The notes: generated by a model from the sequence alone, not told the origin. DNA of 64,000 nucleotides from an uncultured virus (IMG/VR IMGVR_UViG_3300010391_000003) (IMGVR_UViG_3300010391_000003); one strand, 5' to 3'; positions 43,089-54,600 are shown, numbered from the stretch's first letter. Numbers and translations are program-made.

Positions 43089-43850
43089 ATGATAGATATA
43101 ACATTTATAAATCATTCAACATCTCTTATTAGAATTAATGATGTTTATATTTTAACTGATCCAATTTGGTCTAAGTGGGCTGGAATTCCAATTTTTGGTG
43201 CAAAAAGAATAAAAGAACCAGGAATTAGAATCGAAGAGCTTCCACAAATACATGTTGTATTAATAAGTCATAATCACTACGATCATATGGATATTCCTAC
43301 ACTAAAAATCTTGAAAGAAAGATTTAATCCAATTTTTATTACTGGATTAGGAAATAAAGAAATTCTCAAAAAGAATGGTCTAAATAAAATAATAGAACTT
43401 GATTGGTGGGATAAAACTCACATCAATACATTTGATATTTATTTCGTTCCTGCACAACATTGGTCTGGAAGAATGCCATGGGATATTGATACAACCTTAT
43501 GGGGTGGATTTGTTATAGATCACTCAGAAGGACAAGTGTATTTTGCAGGAGACACTGCATATAATAAAACTCACTTAGAAATGTTGAGTTATAGGTTTGA
43601 AAATATTAAAATATCTTTGCTTCCAATAAGTCCATCTGATAAAGTGTTTAAAATACAACACATGAATCCAGATGATGCTGTTCATGCTCATAGAGTTTTA
43701 AAGTCGAATTTAACTATAGGAATACATACTGGAACATTCAGACTTGGATTTGAAGAAAATATAGATGATTTACATAAAGCTATAAAAACAAATAACATTA
43801 ATACTGAAGAGTTTCTAATATTAGAACACGGAGAAACAAGATCAATATGA
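43089..43850 (+). CDS. Metallo-beta-lactamase-fold hydrolase (NAPE-PLD/RomA/UlaG-like phosphodiesterase)
   Basis: LTDP, ISHNHYDHMD, PAQHWSGR, YFAGDT, HMNP, IH.GTF. Confidence 0.9.
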   Translation: MIDITFINHSTSLIRINDVYILTDPIWSKWAGIPIFGAKRIKEPGIRIEELPQIHVVLISHNHYDHMDIPTLKILKERFNPIFITGLGNKEILKKNGLNKIIELDWWDKTHINTFDIYFVPAQHWSGRMPWDIDTTLWGGFVIDHSEGQVYFAGDTAYNKTHLEMLSYRFENIKISLLPISPSDKVFKIQHMNPDDAVHAHRVLKSNLTIGIHTGTFRLGFEENIDDLHKAIKTNNINTEEFLILEHGETRSI

Positions 43851-43971
43851 AAAAATATAACTTTTCACACTTGGATCCTGTTAAGAATTGAAGAAGAAAT
43901 TTTTGTATTAGTATTATTTTATTAATATCATTTTCAATAATATTATCGTTAATGTTAAATTTTAGAGGAAA

Positions 43972-44715
43972 ATGATAATAAAAATAGATACTAATGAATA
44001 TGCTCTTCACCCGAAAGTTGTTGAAAGTATAAATTATTTATTAATGAAGAAACAACAAACATCAAAAGATAAAATACTAATTGATTTATATAAAGAAAAT
44101 AAAATAATACCACAAAAATTAGAATGTGGAGATTATATGTTTAATAATGTTTTGGTAGAACATAAAGCTCTGCAAGACTTTTGTAATTCAGTCACAAATG
44201 GTTTAATTTTTCAGCAATGTCAGGATATGCTTTACTTTAAAGAACAAAATCCTGATATAAAATTATTTATTCTAATTTCTGGTAATCCTGAAGATATTAT
44301 AAAACTTCCTCATGCTCCAAATATTGCTTCGATGATTGCTGCATGGTCATCTCTTAATATGAGAATACCAACTTCATTTATGGGGAATAGTTATTGGTTC
44401 GTAAATGGGCTTGTTGATCTTTTCGAAAAATTATTTGATGGAAAAGTCCGAGAATATAGTCCAATTCGTCGTCCACAAGAGTTTGATGATATAATACTTT
44501 CTAATTATGTTAGTATAGTTGGTGAAAAAACAGCAAAGAATCTATTAAAAAAGTTTCCTATTCCAAAACAATTGTATAATTCAACAAAAGAACAACTTAT
44601 GGAAGTAGATCTTGTTGGAAAAGAAACTGCTGAGTTTATTGTAAATTTTTCTGAGGGTAAAGAAAAATCATGGAAAATATCAGAAGAACGTAAAAAATTA
44701 TCAAAGATAAAATAA
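43972..44715 (+). CDS. ERCC4/XPF-like nuclease with HhH motifs
   Basis: IDTNE, GDY...VEHK...DF, VGEKTAK.LL, VDLVGKETA. Confidence 0.8.
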   Translation: MIIKIDTNEYALHPKVVESINYLLMKKQQTSKDKILIDLYKENKIIPQKLECGDYMFNNVLVEHKALQDFCNSVTNGLIFQQCQDMLYFKEQNPDIKLFILISGNPEDIIKLPHAPNIASMIAAWSSLNMRIPTSFMGNSYWFVNGLVDLFEKLFDGKVREYSPIRRPQEFDDIILSNYVSIVGEKTAKNLLKKFPIPKQLYNSTKEQLMEVDLVGKETAEFIVNFSEGKEKSWKISEERKKLSKIK

Positions 44716-44716
44716 T

Positions 44717-45352
44717 ATGGTAAAGAAAGGATTTGTTCCATGGAATAAAGGTAAATATTTATCAGAAGATCATAAAGAAAAAATTAGAATAGCTTGTTCG
44801 GGTTCAAAAAATGGATTTTTTAATAAACATCATACTCCTGAAGCAATCGAAATAATTAGAGAAAAACACAAGAGAGAAAATCTTTCTCCTGAAACTATCG
44901 AAAGGATGAAAATAGCAAATTCAGGTAGAAAACACACAACAGAATGGAAAAAATGGAATTCTGAAAGAATGTCAGGTTCTGGTAATCCAATGTATGGAAC
45001 AATTTCTCCAATGAAAGGAAGAAAAGGTAAAGATCATCCATCTTATATTGATGGTCGTTCTGTTTATCCATATTGTGAAAAATTTAATAGTATTCTAAGA
45101 GAACAAGTTCGTTCTCGTGATTCTCATACTTGTCAACTCTGTGGTAAAACTCAAGAACAAAACAAGAGAAGACTTCATGTCCATCATATTCACTATGACA
45201 AGCAATATTGTTACCCAGACCTAATATGTCTGTGTACTTCATGTAACTCAAAAGTAAATAAACCTTCAGAACGAAAGAATTATGAATCTTTCTTTATGAA
45301 CAAATTAAATGATAGAAATTTATTATTTTGGACTAAATATAGAAATAAATAG
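44717..45352 (+). CDS. NUMOD3-HNH homing endonuclease
   Basis: PWNKG, KHHTPE, GRKHT, RDSHTCQLC, HVHHIHYDK, LCTSCNSKVN. Confidence 0.85.
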   Translation: MVKKGFVPWNKGKYLSEDHKEKIRIACSGSKNGFFNKHHTPEAIEIIREKHKRENLSPETIERMKIANSGRKHTTEWKKWNSERMSGSGNPMYGTISPMKGRKGKDHPSYIDGRSVYPYCEKFNSILREQVRSRDSHTCQLCGKTQEQNKRRLHVHHIHYDKQYCYPDLICLCTSCNSKVNKPSERKNYESFFMNKLNDRNLLFWTKYRNK

Positions 45353-45399
45353 AAAGATTTAAATACATTAAGATTCAATAATATATGGATTAAATTATT

Positions 45400-46554
45400 A
45401 TGAATAACAATATACGCAAACTTGCATCAATACAGAAAATAGATGATATAAAACCTCATGATAATGCCATAAATCTTGAATTAGCAACTATCGGTGGATG
45501 GCAAGTAGTTGTAAAACTCAATCAGTTCAAAAAAGGAGATCTTTGTGTTTATTGTGAAACAGATTGTCTTTTACCTGAAAGACCTGAATTTGAATTTCTT
45601 AGATCGAGTCATTTCAGAATTAAAACTGTAAGACTTCGTGGAAAATTATCCCAGGGCATAGCATTCCCTTTGGATATTCTCCCAAAAGAACAATTTGATG
45701 ATATAAAAAAATACAACAGATATGAAAAAATCATAGGAAATGAGGTCACAGAACTTCTTGGTATTATAAAATATGAACCTCCAATTTCTCCACAACTTAT
45801 GGGAATGGCAAGAGGAAATTTTCCTACACACTATCTTCCAAAAACAGATGAAGAAAGATTACAAAGCAGAATAAAATTATTAAAAGAAATAGACGGAAAG
45901 ATTGTAAATATAACTCTTAAAGAAGATGGAACAAGCTTTACAGCTTATCATGTTGTAGAAGATGTTCCAATAGACGAACCATTAGATAATAATCCTCAAA
46001 CAGATCCAAGATATGAACAAAGAGAAAGAGTGGGTGTTTGTTCGAGAGAAGTTGACCTAAAAGAAGAGGCATTCCCAGGATCAGACATGAACACATATTG
46101 GAAAGTAGCAAATCAATATGATGTTAAAAATAAATTAATGGATTTTTACAAAAATACCGGAAGAAATATTGGTATTCAAGGAGAAATTACTGGTTATGGA
46201 ATAAATGAAAATAGACTAGGATTACCAAAAAATACATATCAATTACATCTGTTCAATATATATGACATAGATAATCATAAATATGTTGACTTTGCAGAAT
46301 TTACTACAATCGCAGCAGTCTTGGAAATTCCTACTGTAGAAACAATCTACTTTGGAAGGTTTAATTTTACATTAGAACAACTTCTTGAGATGGCAAGAGG
46401 AAAGTATGAAGGAACAAATAATACACGTGAAGGCATCGTTGTAAGACCTGTAGAAGAAGAATTCTCTGATGCACTACAAGGAAGATTATCTTTCAAAGTT
46501 ATAAATAATGATTACGAAGAAGAAAAGGAGAAAAAGAGAAAACCACATGTTTGA
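45400..46554 (+). CDS. RNA ligase, DRB0094/Rnl2-like
   Basis: RKLASIQKI, GWQVVV, LRGKLSQG, PKTDEER, KEDGTS, QGE, REGIVVR, FKVINNDY. Confidence 0.9.
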   Translation: MNNNIRKLASIQKIDDIKPHDNAINLELATIGGWQVVVKLNQFKKGDLCVYCETDCLLPERPEFEFLRSSHFRIKTVRLRGKLSQGIAFPLDILPKEQFDDIKKYNRYEKIIGNEVTELLGIIKYEPPISPQLMGMARGNFPTHYLPKTDEERLQSRIKLLKEIDGKIVNITLKEDGTSFTAYHVVEDVPIDEPLDNNPQTDPRYEQRERVGVCSREVDLKEEAFPGSDMNTYWKVANQYDVKNKLMDFYKNTGRNIGIQGEITGYGINENRLGLPKNTYQLHLFNIYDIDNHKYVDFAEFTTIAAVLEIPTVETIYFGRFNFTLEQLLEMARGKYEGTNNTREGIVVRPVEEEFSDALQGRLSFKVINNDYEEEKEKKRKPHV

Positions 46555-47453
46555 AATAATACCACAAGAAATAAACAAAGACGGAAATCTAAAACACATA
46601 ACCAAAGAAGGAGCGAGATATCATGTGTTATATTGGAATACACAAGGTAGACATTGTTCAGAAAAGAATTGTGAATTAAATAAAAAGGTTTAAATTTTAT
46701 GTTTAAAATTGTAAAATCAGCACACATTGAAGTGATAACACCATCTAAATTAAAAGTTGGAGATTATATTCTTTGGGCACATAGAAAAGCAAAAGTTATT
46801 AAAATAAATGAATTAAATAAATTTATTACAATTTTAAATCCAATAGATGACTCAATAAAATCTTATGTTTTATTATCAACATATATAAAAATTATTTCGT
46901 GTGAAGAAATAGAAACAAAAGAGGAATAAAATGCCAGAAAATTATAAAATGATATCTTGTATAATAGATAATAGAGATTGTGATGATACAAATACTTGCG
47001 AAGATTGTCATGTTGCAATTGAAGAGGTTAAAAGAGAACAAATTGAGGAAAATTCTCAATATTTATTAACTAATTCTATAAAATTAGGAAATAGAGGATA
47101 TCGTGGAAATAAAAAATATACAGTTGTAAAAGTAGATGTTGATGATATAGAATATTTAAAACAGTATCTTTATATAAATAAACCAGAGGAAATATCACCA
47201 GAAAAATATTTGTTGAATGTTGCAAGTTATCCAGAATGGGAAAAGACAAAAGAAGTTTTAAAAATAACAGAAAATCCTGATAAAATTCTGTTTGAAAAAG
47301 ATAAACCACTGATTGTATTTTTCGGAAAAGAAATATATATTATTGCACCAGACTCGAAGAATGACAGAAGATAAATTATGTTTAGGAAAATGGGATAATT
47401 GTCCAGATGCAACAACTTCAAGTTTTTGTCATAAATTAAGAAAGTATGAAATA

Positions 47454-47592
47454 GAAATCAGTTGTATGAAAATTTGGCTTGATTCTAAAGGTAAAAACAA
47501 TTAAGTTTATATATTATAGAACATGTTCGTTTGAAATTTCTTGTATGAAAGAATGGCTTAAACTTAATAATAAAAACAATTAAGCTTAAATA
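47454..47592 (+). repeat. Degenerate tandem duplication (period 79 nt) of a gene 3' end plus downstream promoter
   Basis: EISCMKIWLDSKGKNN* versus EISCMKEWLKLNNKNN*, each running into AAAAACAATTAAG(T/C)TTA(T/A)ATA. Confidence 0.7.
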
Positions 47593-47772
47593 CTTTTTTC
47601 GTATTATTAGTGTTGAGGACATTTTTATGATAACAGTTTTTGTAGAATACGAACACGATGATGAATTTAATACTGCAAAAGAAATAAAGTATATTTTAAA
47701 AGAAAGACTCGAAAAAAGCAGATATGTAAATGATATCGATGTTCTTGTAACAGATATGGAAGGAAACTAAAT

Positions 47773-48591
47773 ATGAGGGAAAAAATTAGATATTATTGTA
47801 AAGTATGTAGAAAAGAAACTGACCACACAGTTACTTGTAGTGATGAGTGTCTAAGAAAACTTCGATCGACAAATGTTAAGGATGGTAAAAATCCTATGTT
47901 TGGTAAAGAATCTTGGTGTAAAGGTCTAACCAAAGAAACTGATCTAAGAGTTAAACAAATTGGAGAAAAATTATCTAAGACAATGAAGAAACAATATAAA
48001 GAAGGAAGAGTTTCTTACAGAAAAGGAACAAAATTCTCTAAAGAAAGTTGTGATAAAGTTTCTGAAAATCATGCAGATTTTTCAGGAGAATTAAATCCAA
48101 ATTTTGGGAATTTGTGGTCAGAAGAACAAAAAGAAAATATGAGAAGAGAAAATAATCCAAATTTTGGAAAACCAATGTCTGAAGAAACAAAAGAAAAGAT
48201 TCGGTTCGCATTGATAGGATCTAAGAATCATAGATATGGAAAACCTATAATAGAAGGATCTGGTTGGGTAAAAAGATATTATTATAATTCTCCATTCCAA
48301 GGTGTAGTATCTCTAAAAGGTTCATATGAATACAAATATGCATTATATCTAGATAGAAACAAAATTCCCTGGTTATATGAACCGAAGGCGTTTCCTCTTA
48401 ATATAGAAGGAAGAGATACAACATACACACCAGATTTCTTATTATTAAATGAAAGAAAATTCATAGATACAAAAGGTTATCTTACTCCAAAATCAAAACT
48501 TAAAATTGATAAATTCAGAACAGAATATTCAAATTTAAGATTAGAAGTATTGTTTCGAGAAGATTTACAAAAATCAGGAATAAGGGTATAA
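47773..48591 (+). CDS. NUMOD3 protein with C-terminal PD-(D/E)xK nuclease (homing-endonuclease-like)
   Basis: NPNFG/NUMOD3 repeats; SYE...LD...WLYEP..F...YTPDF...IDTKG. Confidence 0.75.
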   Translation: MREKIRYYCKVCRKETDHTVTCSDECLRKLRSTNVKDGKNPMFGKESWCKGLTKETDLRVKQIGEKLSKTMKKQYKEGRVSYRKGTKFSKESCDKVSENHADFSGELNPNFGNLWSEEQKENMRRENNPNFGKPMSEETKEKIRFALIGSKNHRYGKPIIEGSGWVKRYYYNSPFQGVVSLKGSYEYKYALYLDRNKIPWLYEPKAFPLNIEGRDTTYTPDFLLLNERKFIDTKGYLTPKSKLKIDKFRTEYSNLRLEVLFREDLQKSGIRV

Positions 48592-48593
48592 TT

Positions 48594-49604
48594 ATGATGT
48601 CAGATCTATGGGTAGATATTTTTCAACCAAAACACTTAAATGAAATTATAGGACAAGAAGAACTTGTTAAATCTTTCCAGATGTATGTAAAAGACAAACA
48701 TATTCCAAATATGACAATTTCAGGTTCACCAGGAATTGGAAAGACATTATTGATGCAATGTTTTGGAACTGATCTTGGACTTGTTGAGTTTGATGGAAGA
48801 AATCAAATTGATTTAATTCCTGGACAATTTTATATTTTTAATGCTTCTCAATCAAGAGGTATAGATGATGTTAGAACAACTATGAAAAGATTATCTTCAA
48901 AACCAACAATTGATGGTATGCCAAGATTAATTGTTCTTGATGAATTTAATTATACACCAGATGCTCAAGCTGCAATGAGATCGTTGATGGAAACATATTC
49001 GTCGAATGTGAGATTTATTCTTCTTAGCAATGATCCAAGTAACATAATTGAACCTATAATTTCAAGATGTCCACTAAAAGTTGCACAACCATTAACTCTG
49101 GATGATATGAATATTCTTGTAGAAAGGATTCGAAAAGTAAAAGAATTTAATATTACACCAGATGCAATTGAATATCTTTATAAAATAACACATGGAGATA
49201 TTCGTAAATTTATAGGAATATTACAAGAAGCATGTATTATTTCTAACTTTAATGTTCAGATTCAGCACGTGCAGAATGTTAGTATAGATTTACAAACAGC
49301 AAAAAGCATTCTTGAAGCTGCACAAAATAATTATGATCAGGCAAGAGAAGTGATGATAACAATGTTTATGAAAACAAGAAATTCTAAAGATTTGTTAGAA
49401 AAATTATATGAAGCAACATACACAACGAGATTTTCAGATGTTATGCCAGATAATGAAATTATTTCGAGAAGAATACGAGATAAAATAGCTGAGATAGATT
49501 ATCGTCTCACACAAGGAACAAATCCATTAGTCCAATTGGACTCATTGATAAATTATATAAAATTAATAAAATTTATTCCTTTACAATGTCCAAAGGTGAA
49601 ATAA
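48594..49604 (+). CDS. rfcS: Replication factor C small subunit (clamp loader)
   Basis: LWVDIFQP..L.EIIGQ, GSPGIGKT, NASQSRGIDDVR, LDE, AQAAMR, ISRC. Confidence 0.9.
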   Translation: MMSDLWVDIFQPKHLNEIIGQEELVKSFQMYVKDKHIPNMTISGSPGIGKTLLMQCFGTDLGLVEFDGRNQIDLIPGQFYIFNASQSRGIDDVRTTMKRLSSKPTIDGMPRLIVLDEFNYTPDAQAAMRSLMETYSSNVRFILLSNDPSNIIEPIISRCPLKVAQPLTLDDMNILVERIRKVKEFNITPDAIEYLYKITHGDIRKFIGILQEACIISNFNVQIQHVQNVSIDLQTAKSILEAAQNNYDQAREVMITMFMKTRNSKDLLEKLYEATYTTRFSDVMPDNEIISRRIRDKIAEIDYRLTQGTNPLVQLDSLINYIKLIKFIPLQCPKVK

Positions 49605-49742
49605 TATGTCAGTAAATGCAAAAGGTTTTAGAATTACAATTGTATGTATGGATTGTACAAGTACAGACACTTGTATAATTTACGATGAAGACGATACATC
49701 ATTTATTCATTGTAATAAGTGTGGTCAGGAGTCAGAATTAAT

Positions 49743-49985
49743 ATGAAATGTTGTGAAGCAATAAGTTTTTCTCATGTAGAAGCATATTGTATAGATTGTA
49801 AGAAAAAAGGAAAGTTATAATGGAAATAAACCATTCAGCAGACCAAATAAATGTAGATATTGTGGTGGAAAAATGAGTGATGACAAAACAGAAAAATTTT
49901 TAAAACAATTCGAAAAGACCTTGATGAAGTAGTGAAATATTAGAAAGAACTAAGAAAGAAGAACAGAACTAAAGAAGATCAATTA
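49743..49985 (+). pseudogene. Frameshifted, partly deleted paralog of ORF 50174-50560
   Basis: EAYCIDCKKK / KCRYCGGKM..D..EKF match EAYCLECGKK / KCQHCGGEM..D..EKF; shared AGAAAGAACTAAGAAAGAAGAACAGAACT. Confidence 0.75.
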
Positions 49986-50173
49986 TGCCCCAAAGCAAGA
50001 TAATTATGATAAAAAAATATTTAATTAAAATAGATATACCAGAAGATAAATTAAAGAAAATAAATGAAGATTTTTCTGAGATTTGGTATGCATTCAATCA
50101 AATTATAAGTGAATGTTACAATGATGAATATAAAATGAGAATGAAAAATTGTACCGAAGTGAAGGAGTAAATT

Positions 50174-50560
50174 ATGGAAAATCAAAAAGCATTTAATATG
50201 TGTTTAGGAGAAGCATATTGTTTAGAATGTGGAAAGAAAAAATATTTTAATTCAAATGATCCATTTACAATGCCATCAAAATGTCAACATTGTGGTGGAG
50301 AAATGACAACTGATCAAAAAGAAAAATTTATGAAATTTTTTAAAGATGGTTTAAAATATAAGTATGATGAAACACAAAGACATGATCTTGTTGAAATATT
50401 AAAACTTCAGAAAGAACTAAGAAAGAAGAACAGAACTGAGGTAGATCAATTTATTATAGATTTACTTGAATCTTTAAAAAACAACTTTATAAATGATAAC
50501 CAATATTATGGTTCAGAAATAAAACTTATAATTAATGGGTTTATAAAAAGGATGGAATGA
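50174..50560 (+). CDS. Zinc-ribbon protein
   Basis: CLEC...CQHC. Confidence 0.6.
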   Translation: MENQKAFNMCLGEAYCLECGKKKYFNSNDPFTMPSKCQHCGGEMTTDQKEKFMKFFKDGLKYKYDETQRHDLVEILKLQKELRKKNRTEVDQFIIDLLESLKNNFINDNQYYGSEIKLIINGFIKRME

Positions 50561-50774
50561 GTATGAAACAATTATATTTTGTATTGTCAAGAGATATTTC
50601 TTTTAATGGAAATTTGATAGAAATACAAATTGAAGTAAAGAAAGAAGAACTTAATAACAAGATTGTAACAAAAAAGACACATACAGATTCCGATGGAAAT
50701 GTGTGGAATATTGTTGGAGAAAAAGAAGTAGAAAATCTAAGTAGAGACCAGTTTGGATAAATGGAGTTAAACAG

Positions 50775-51578
50775 ATGACTTTAGATTTAATATTATCACC
50801 AAGTGGAATAACAAAATATATACAATGTCCATATTCATTCAAACTAAGATATATAAACAAGATAAAACCAGTTATAGAAGATGATTCTGCATTGAGATTG
50901 GGGAAATCTGTTCATGCTGTTCTTGAGAATTTTTATAAGAATGTAGATCTTAACACAGTATTACCAGAAACAGATTTTGTTAATTCAATGAAAAAAACTG
51001 CTCAGACACACTGGGATAAAAGTATAGATGCAAAAAAACGAGAAGAAATAAATAACTCTATGTTTCTTTGGCTTCAATTTGAAATACAAAGATTTAAAAA
51101 ATATAAAGAACAGAATAAATTAGACAGATTTTGTCCTGTTGCAACAGAAGAAGATATCACCGATTATCAAAATAAACTTCGGGCAATTATAGATAAGAGG
51201 TCTTTGGGTATGACAGGAACAATGTATGCTTTGGATTATAAAACCGACAAAAATCTTCCTGCTCTTAGAAATTTTAAAGGAAATCTAAGAGAAATTGATG
51301 ATAAGTATAAAATTCAAAGTGCATTAAACGCAATGGTTCTAAAATCTCAAGGAATAAAGTTGGATAATTTCTATTTCCAGTTTATTCGTTATCCTGACAA
51401 GCTATTATCTGTTCCACTAACTTCTGAATTGTTTAATGAAATTGAGGAGCTTATAAAAAAGATTCGAGAAGCTGAAGAATATCCAAAAAATGATAAGTCA
51501 TGTTTCTACTGCGACATGAAGTTGCATTGTAAGACAGAGTCAAGTAGTGTACATTGTATGTCTGATAATGTATTATAG
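50775..51578 (+). CDS. Cas4/RecB-like PD-(D/E)xK exonuclease
   Basis: LSPS.I..Y..CP, G..VH..LE, IID...DYKT, Q, C.YC....HC. Confidence 0.85.
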   Translation: MTLDLILSPSGITKYIQCPYSFKLRYINKIKPVIEDDSALRLGKSVHAVLENFYKNVDLNTVLPETDFVNSMKKTAQTHWDKSIDAKKREEINNSMFLWLQFEIQRFKKYKEQNKLDRFCPVATEEDITDYQNKLRAIIDKRSLGMTGTMYALDYKTDKNLPALRNFKGNLREIDDKYKIQSALNAMVLKSQGIKLDNFYFQFIRYPDKLLSVPLTSELFNEIEELIKKIREAEEYPKNDKSCFYCDMKLHCKTESSSVHCMSDNVL

Positions 51579-52737
51579 ATTAAGAATACTAACCAAAACC
51601 TATATATCCTTCAACGTCAATATAGTAATTAGATGATAAATATGTGGAAAGACAAATGTAATAAATGTGGAAGAAATATCTTCAATGGTATCCCTGAGGA
51701 ACACAGAGATCATATAGATACTTATATAAAGGATATGGAAAAAGAGGGAATGTTTATAGGGCACAATACAAAAACAGTGGGGACATGGGGACATATAAAC
51801 GAAGTCCCAATAAAACCAATTTGTTGTGTATGTAAAAAAGAAGAATATGAAATAAAAAATGCAAAGGACACAAAGAAAGCATTTATAAAGATAAAAAAAT
51901 CTCTAAAGAAGGTCTTTGTTTGTCCAATTTGTCTGGATAGTACACACAGAGGATACAATGAAAAGGTATTTATGACTACAATTAGAACAGTAATTGAAAA
52001 TCATATCAAAGAAAAACATAATCTTTCTGAATATGAGTCTATAATTTCAGAACTAAAGAATTATTAGAAACACAATATTGATTTATGAAAGAGGGTGTCG
52101 GAAGATATAGAATTCCATTTTTCAGGAAAGATCCAAAAAGTGAGTCAACATTTCAAAGAAATTTATTGACGTTTTAAAGTTAATTCAAGTTAATGTATAG
52201 TTAATGACAAATTTTATCTTAACTAATATGTACAGACAATTTAGTTAATGAATTAAGGTTTACATCTAACATTACTAATAATATACTATATTCATAACTT
52301 TAAAATTGAATGTTGTTTTAATAAACAATTAATTTAAAAACATAATGGTAAACAATTATCTTTATATCCTATACATTAATACTTAGTAATAGAGGACATA
52401 AAGTATGAAAGATAATAATTTAACAAACAATAATGTCGAACAGTTAATAGAAAAGTTAAATTCTGGTTGGGAAAGAATGTTTCCGGACAATCCAGAACTC
52501 GAAAGTGTGTTTATGAATTAAGAGGAATAAAAATGAACAATAAGATAAGAGGGATAATATTGATGTTACCAATGACTATAACAATAATATTAACACTAAG
52601 ATATTTATATCTAAGTGATATTATATTGTTTTATACTATGATACAATTATTTGGTATGTTGTTTGGGTTTATGATTTTAGGGATATTATCTTTTATCGGT
52701 GTAAAAGAATTGGTAAAATAATGGAGAATTAAAAAAT

Positions 52738-53523
52738 ATGGTACAAGCAACAGTAAAAGTGCATAATATGCAAGAATTGATCAGAAAAACATATCTTGGT
52801 GGACTAATAAATAATGCAGTCATTCAATTCAAAGATAACAGAATGAAGATCGAAGCTATAGGTTTCGAAGATGACCAAGGTATAGTAGATCAGACAATAA
52901 CAGTCGATGTGAACTATCCATGTGAAATGACAGAAGGTGGAGAAGTTGCAATAAATAATCTGGGAGACTTATTATCAAAACTCGAATTGTTTGAGAGAGA
53001 TGATATAGTGCAACTTTCAATTTCTCAAAAGAATGAACTTGTTGTAAGTCGAACAACACCATCACAAGTGCTTCTATTCGATCTTGCTGATATAAAGTTT
53101 ATTAAAACATATTCCATAGGTCTGAAGACGATTTTTGGAGCACCAATAAGACTTGTTAAGTCTGATGGAAAAGAAAAAATGATTGCTTTTGATTCTACAA
53201 TTGTTGTAGATGCACAGAAGTTAAAAGAACATGGATCAAAAGTAATGAAAATTAATGCAAAAAGTATTCCTATTTCAACAATAAACGGAAAGCTTATAAC
53301 AGACATGAAGGGAGAAACTTCTGGTCTTATTCGTGAGGTTGAAGGAGTCACGTCTGCAGTTGGAAATGCATCATCTTCATATGACAAAGAAATTCTTAAG
53401 ATTTTTAGTTATGGAATAGGAATTGCAACTCTGAGATTATCAGAAGGAAGTCCTATACATATTCATTATGAACATGAGTCAATGACAGCAGACTATTTGC
53501 TTCAGGTACACGAATTAAATTAG
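52738..53523 (+). CDS. DNA sliding clamp (PCNA-like)
   Basis: 261 aa with clamp-like alternating pattern and C-terminal L.L.EGSPI.I.Y......DYLL; RFC encoded nearby. Confidence 0.7.
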   Translation: MVQATVKVHNMQELIRKTYLGGLINNAVIQFKDNRMKIEAIGFEDDQGIVDQTITVDVNYPCEMTEGGEVAINNLGDLLSKLELFERDDIVQLSISQKNELVVSRTTPSQVLLFDLADIKFIKTYSIGLKTIFGAPIRLVKSDGKEKMIAFDSTIVVDAQKLKEHGSKVMKINAKSIPISTINGKLITDMKGETSGLIREVEGVTSAVGNASSSYDKEILKIFSYGIGIATLRLSEGSPIHIHYEHESMTADYLLQVHELN

Positions 53524-53666
53524 ATATTAAAAAATATTTTCCTTTCATTCCTGACTTACGTCATTGTAATAAATGTAATGAAATTGTTTGGAATGGTAGA
53601 AGATTTATTCAAGGACATGTATCATGTGGAGAAAATAATCCAAATTTTGGACTAAAAGAAATATAA
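53523..53666 (+). pseudogene. Remnant N-terminus of an HNH homing endonuclease
   Basis: Startless frame DIKKYFPFIPDLRHCNKCNEIVWNGRRFIQGH..GENNPNFG* matches the N-module of the HNH ORFs at 29156 and 54646. Confidence 0.7.
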
Positions 53667-54222
53667 AATAAGTGAAAGAGAAATAAACTATGTTCGAAAA
53701 ATATCTTTGTGAAGAAGTAAAAAATGGAAATTGTAAAGTGAATTGTGCTCATAGTACACCACACAGTTTTTATGAGGGATTTTGTAATGATTCTGCATAT
53801 TGTCCAGAAAAAGACAAACATGTAAAATGTGTAGAAATAAGTATGGAGAACTACATATGAATAGAATTGATTATTTTTTATTTATTAATATACTATATGC
53901 AATTTATATTTCATTAGCTTCTTTTTATTCTTTGATATTTCTGTATATGACTATAATCACAATAATTTTCTTTGGTGAACCATTGACTATATATTTAATG
54001 TATAAAATCGATAAGAATTAACAATTGGTGATAAAATTATTAAACAAATTGGATTTGTAGGTATAACAGACATTCCTCTATATGAAGTCATATGTGACAG
54101 ATGTGGGAGACCATTTAACACAAGTAATCCAAGAGAAATAAATATATGTTCAAAACATAGATCCTTATTACTTCCAATAAGATGTAATTAATATATTTAG
54201 GTAAATATCATTTTGAGACATT

Positions 54223-54600
54223 ATGAATAATTATATAATTTTAATATCTGCAATTGGAACATATTATCTTTCTTTGTTGATACATGAACTTGGTCATTAT
54301 ATTCCATCCTTATTATTTGGTTACAAACCAAAAATGGAATTTGATGAATATGGTGTTCCTTGTAGAGTTTTATCATATTCTTTTAATTTTAATAAATATA
54401 AATTAAAAATTATGAGTGTTTTTGGGATTCTTTTGGGATTTATTCCAATTTATATATTTTATAAATTATTAATATCTGAAGGACAACTTTCATCCATTTT
54501 TATCGGTTTTATAGGTGGTATATACATTCTTGCATGTAGTCAGGATTTTAAAGATTTAATATTTGGACAAATAAAACAAAGAAAATTATCAGAATTTTAA
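54223..54600 (+). CDS. Membrane zinc metalloprotease-like protein (M50/site-2-like)
   Basis: LIHELGH in a TM helix; C-terminal D. Confidence 0.6.
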   Translation: MNNYIILISAIGTYYLSLLIHELGHYIPSLLFGYKPKMEFDEYGVPCRVLSYSFNFNKYKLKIMSVFGILLGFIPIYIFYKLLISEGQLSSIFIGFIGGIYILACSQDFKDLIFGQIKQRKLSEF

